Under the pieces are notes generated by a model. It saw only the letters and a program-made list of their open reading frames with translations, made no database searches and was not told the DNA's origin. A stretch of DNA of 64,000 nt from an uncultured Clostridia bacterium (GTDB lineage: Bacteria > Bacillota > Clostridia > TANB77 > CAG-465): assembly GCA_947626975.1 (NCBI GenBank), contig CANQUF010000004.1:9907-73906 (forward strand), read 5' to 3'. Shown piece after piece: positions 62,456 to 64,000 of the stretch (the stretch's first letter is position 1; every line of letters begins with the position of its first letter). Both the position numbers and the translations under genes were made by a program.

Positions 62456-62823
62456 ATAAGAACAAAAGTGATTTTAACTACTTTTGTTCTTATTTTTTTA
62501 AAATGTAAATCTAATTTATTTTGTAAAGTAGATTTAATTATTATTTTAATCTTTGAATAATCATAGTAATAACAGTATTTAAAAATAAAGAATCATCTTC
62601 ACCAAGTGTAGGTGTGTCTAAATAAATCTCAGTTTTACCTAAATTTACTAATTCAAAGGTGTCATTTGGTAGAACAGTAGAAACAATACCTTGACCAATA
62701 AGTTGAACTGGAATTTGATTGTAATCCCACATACTGCCACCGGCATATACTGTACTTTCGTCTACCTTTTTAAATCCTATTACAACTATATCTCTATTTT
62801 TTACAATTACAGTATCATTAATA
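62456..62823. repeat. direct repeat copy 2
   Basis: See copy 1 (59988-60362). Confidence 0.9.
62459..62492 (-). terminator. terminator of the collagen-like gene
   Basis: Same 12-bp stem as at 59991, followed by a T-run. Confidence 0.7.
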
Positions 62824-64000
62824 GCAGATGCACTAACAGCAAAATCAATTCTATAAGTGCCAGGATTAACAAAAGTAATAGTATTATCTGCTTCATTTAA
62901 TATAAAATTATTTTCATTATCTGATATTTTCATATCAATAGGTAGTCTAGCTTTTGAGAGCACTTTAATACCTGTTGCGCCAGCGTCATCGTTATAGAAT
63001 GTAACAAAGAAAGCAGCAGGAATTTCTAAAGGACCTGGATCGCCTTTAGGACCAGGTGGACCTTGAATTCCTGGTTCACCTTTAGGTCCAGTATCACCTT
63101 GTGGACCTGTATCTCCCTTAGGGCCAGTATCACCTTGAATTCCTTTTTCACCTTGAGGACCGGGAGGCCCTTGTATACCTTGCTCACCTTTAGGTCCAGT
63201 ATCACCTTGTGGACCTGTATCACCTTTAGGTCCAGTATCACCTTGAATTCCTGGTTCACCTTTAGGACCAGGAGGTCCCTGTATACCTTGATCGCCTTTA
63301 GGACCAGTATCACCTTGGATTCCTTTTTCACCTTGAGGACCAGGAGGTCCTTGTATACCTTGCTCACCTTGAGGACCAATATTGCCTTGAGGCCCTTGAT
63401 CGCCTTTTGGACCTATATCACCTTGAAGTCCTCTTTCACCTTGGGGACCAGGAGGTCCTTGCATTCCTTGTTCACCTCTAGGTCCTTGTATTCCACGAGG
63501 TCCTTGTTCGCCTGGTAAACCATGATCGCCTTGTGGCCCTTGTTCACCTTGTAGACCTCTTTCACCTTGAGGACCAATAGGACCTTGTATACCTTGAATT
63601 CCTGGATCACCTTTAGGACCTTTTATAACTCCTATATTTGTCCAAGCATTATTTTCATTTGACCAAACATATAAATTTGATCCGACTAAATAAGATGAAC
63701 CAAGATTACCCTGTGGATGATTTTTTATTAAATCTTCGTATTTTTCAAAAGAGCCTAAGATATTTACACTAGTTCCAGCAGGACCAGTGGGACCTGTGGG
63801 ACCAGTAGGACCTGTGGGACCAGTAGGACCAGTAGGACCTGTAGGACCGGTAGGACCGGTAACACCTATAGTTCCAGATGTTCCTTGCATTCCTTGAAGA
63901 TCAGGTATATATTTATTATTATTACAACATGTATATGTACAATCGCTACATGTATTATTTATTTGATTATGATTATCATCATTAAAACAGAATGAATTTT
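62541..64000 (-). CDS. collagen-like (BclA-type) exosporium/surface protein; 5' end probably outside the window
   Basis: The frame stays open upstream of Met 63890 to the window edge (Cys-rich ...[25 protein letters not shown]...). GPT-triplet run, ~50-aa spacer, ~200-aa GXY region, then a globular C-terminal domain. Confidence 0.85.
   Translation of the reverse strand, partial: NSFCFNDDNHNQINNTCSDCTYTCCNNNKYIPDLQGMQGTSGTIGVTGPTGPTGPTGPTGPTGPTGPTGPTGPAGTSVNILGSFEKYEDLIKNHPQGNLGSSYLVGSNLYVWSNENNAWTNIGVIKGPKGDPGIQGIQGPIGPQGERGLQGEQGPQGDHGLPGEQGPRGIQGPRGEQGMQGPPGPQGERGLQGDIGPKGDQGPQGNIGPQGEQGIQGPPGPQGEKGIQGDTGPKGDQGIQGPPGPKGEPGIQGDTGPKGDTGPQGDTGPKGEQGIQGPPGPQGEKGIQGDTGPKGDTGPQGDTGPKGEPGIQGPPGPKGDPGPLEIPAAFFVTFYNDDAGATGIKVLSKARLPIDMKISDNENNFILNEADNTITFVNPGTYRIDFAVSASAINDTVIVKNRDIVVIGFKKVDESTVYAGGSMWDYNQIPVQLIGQGIVSTVLPNDTFELVNLGKTEIYLDTPTLGEDDSLFLNTVITMIIQRLK

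Overview
Very AT-rich chromosomal segment from a low-GC, endospore-forming Firmicute (Clostridia-like; ytfJ and a BclA-like collagen gene are present). Nearly all genes are on the + strand. Most of the window is conserved housekeeping. It holds trpS (partial), obg, glyA-pgi, asd, a Ca-type P-type ATPase, rhodanese-trxA and dnaG-sigA. It also holds ctsR-mcsA-mcsB-clpC, rimP-nusA-ylxR-infB-rbfA-nrnA-truB, der-plsY-ppaC and ylxM-ffh-rpsP-khpA-rimM-trmD-rplS, plus one tRNA-Lys(CUU). I saw no rRNA, CRISPR array or intact IS or transposase. Three accessory or decayed patches interrupt this core. (1) 17.6-19.1 kb holds a decayed KilA-N phage gene next to an inverted-repeat element carrying two perfect DnaA boxes. 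(2) 29.2-32.3 kb holds an internalin-like LRR wall protein with near-identical internal repeats and a T12 tract in a candidate promoter. (3) 49-64 kb is the most unusual part. It starts with a TetR-regulated 1352-aa MMPL/RND exporter whose second outer loop holds about 8 tandem repeats of about 78 aa. A group IIC intron 5' stub sits right after that gene's terminator. A 4.25-kb membrane-protein cassette follows, bracketed by perfect 26-bp inverted repeats. Last comes a radical SAM/SPASM gene with a small membrane protein, lying between a diverged 3' fragment and a full copy of a collagen-like exosporium-type gene. One cross-cutting oddity stands out. By manual scan I found only four loci where CGG is read in frame, and three of them coincide with an obligatory +1 frame change (ctsR, and twice in a DUF2207 gene). 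All calls rest on motif recognition and hand inspection; no searches were run.
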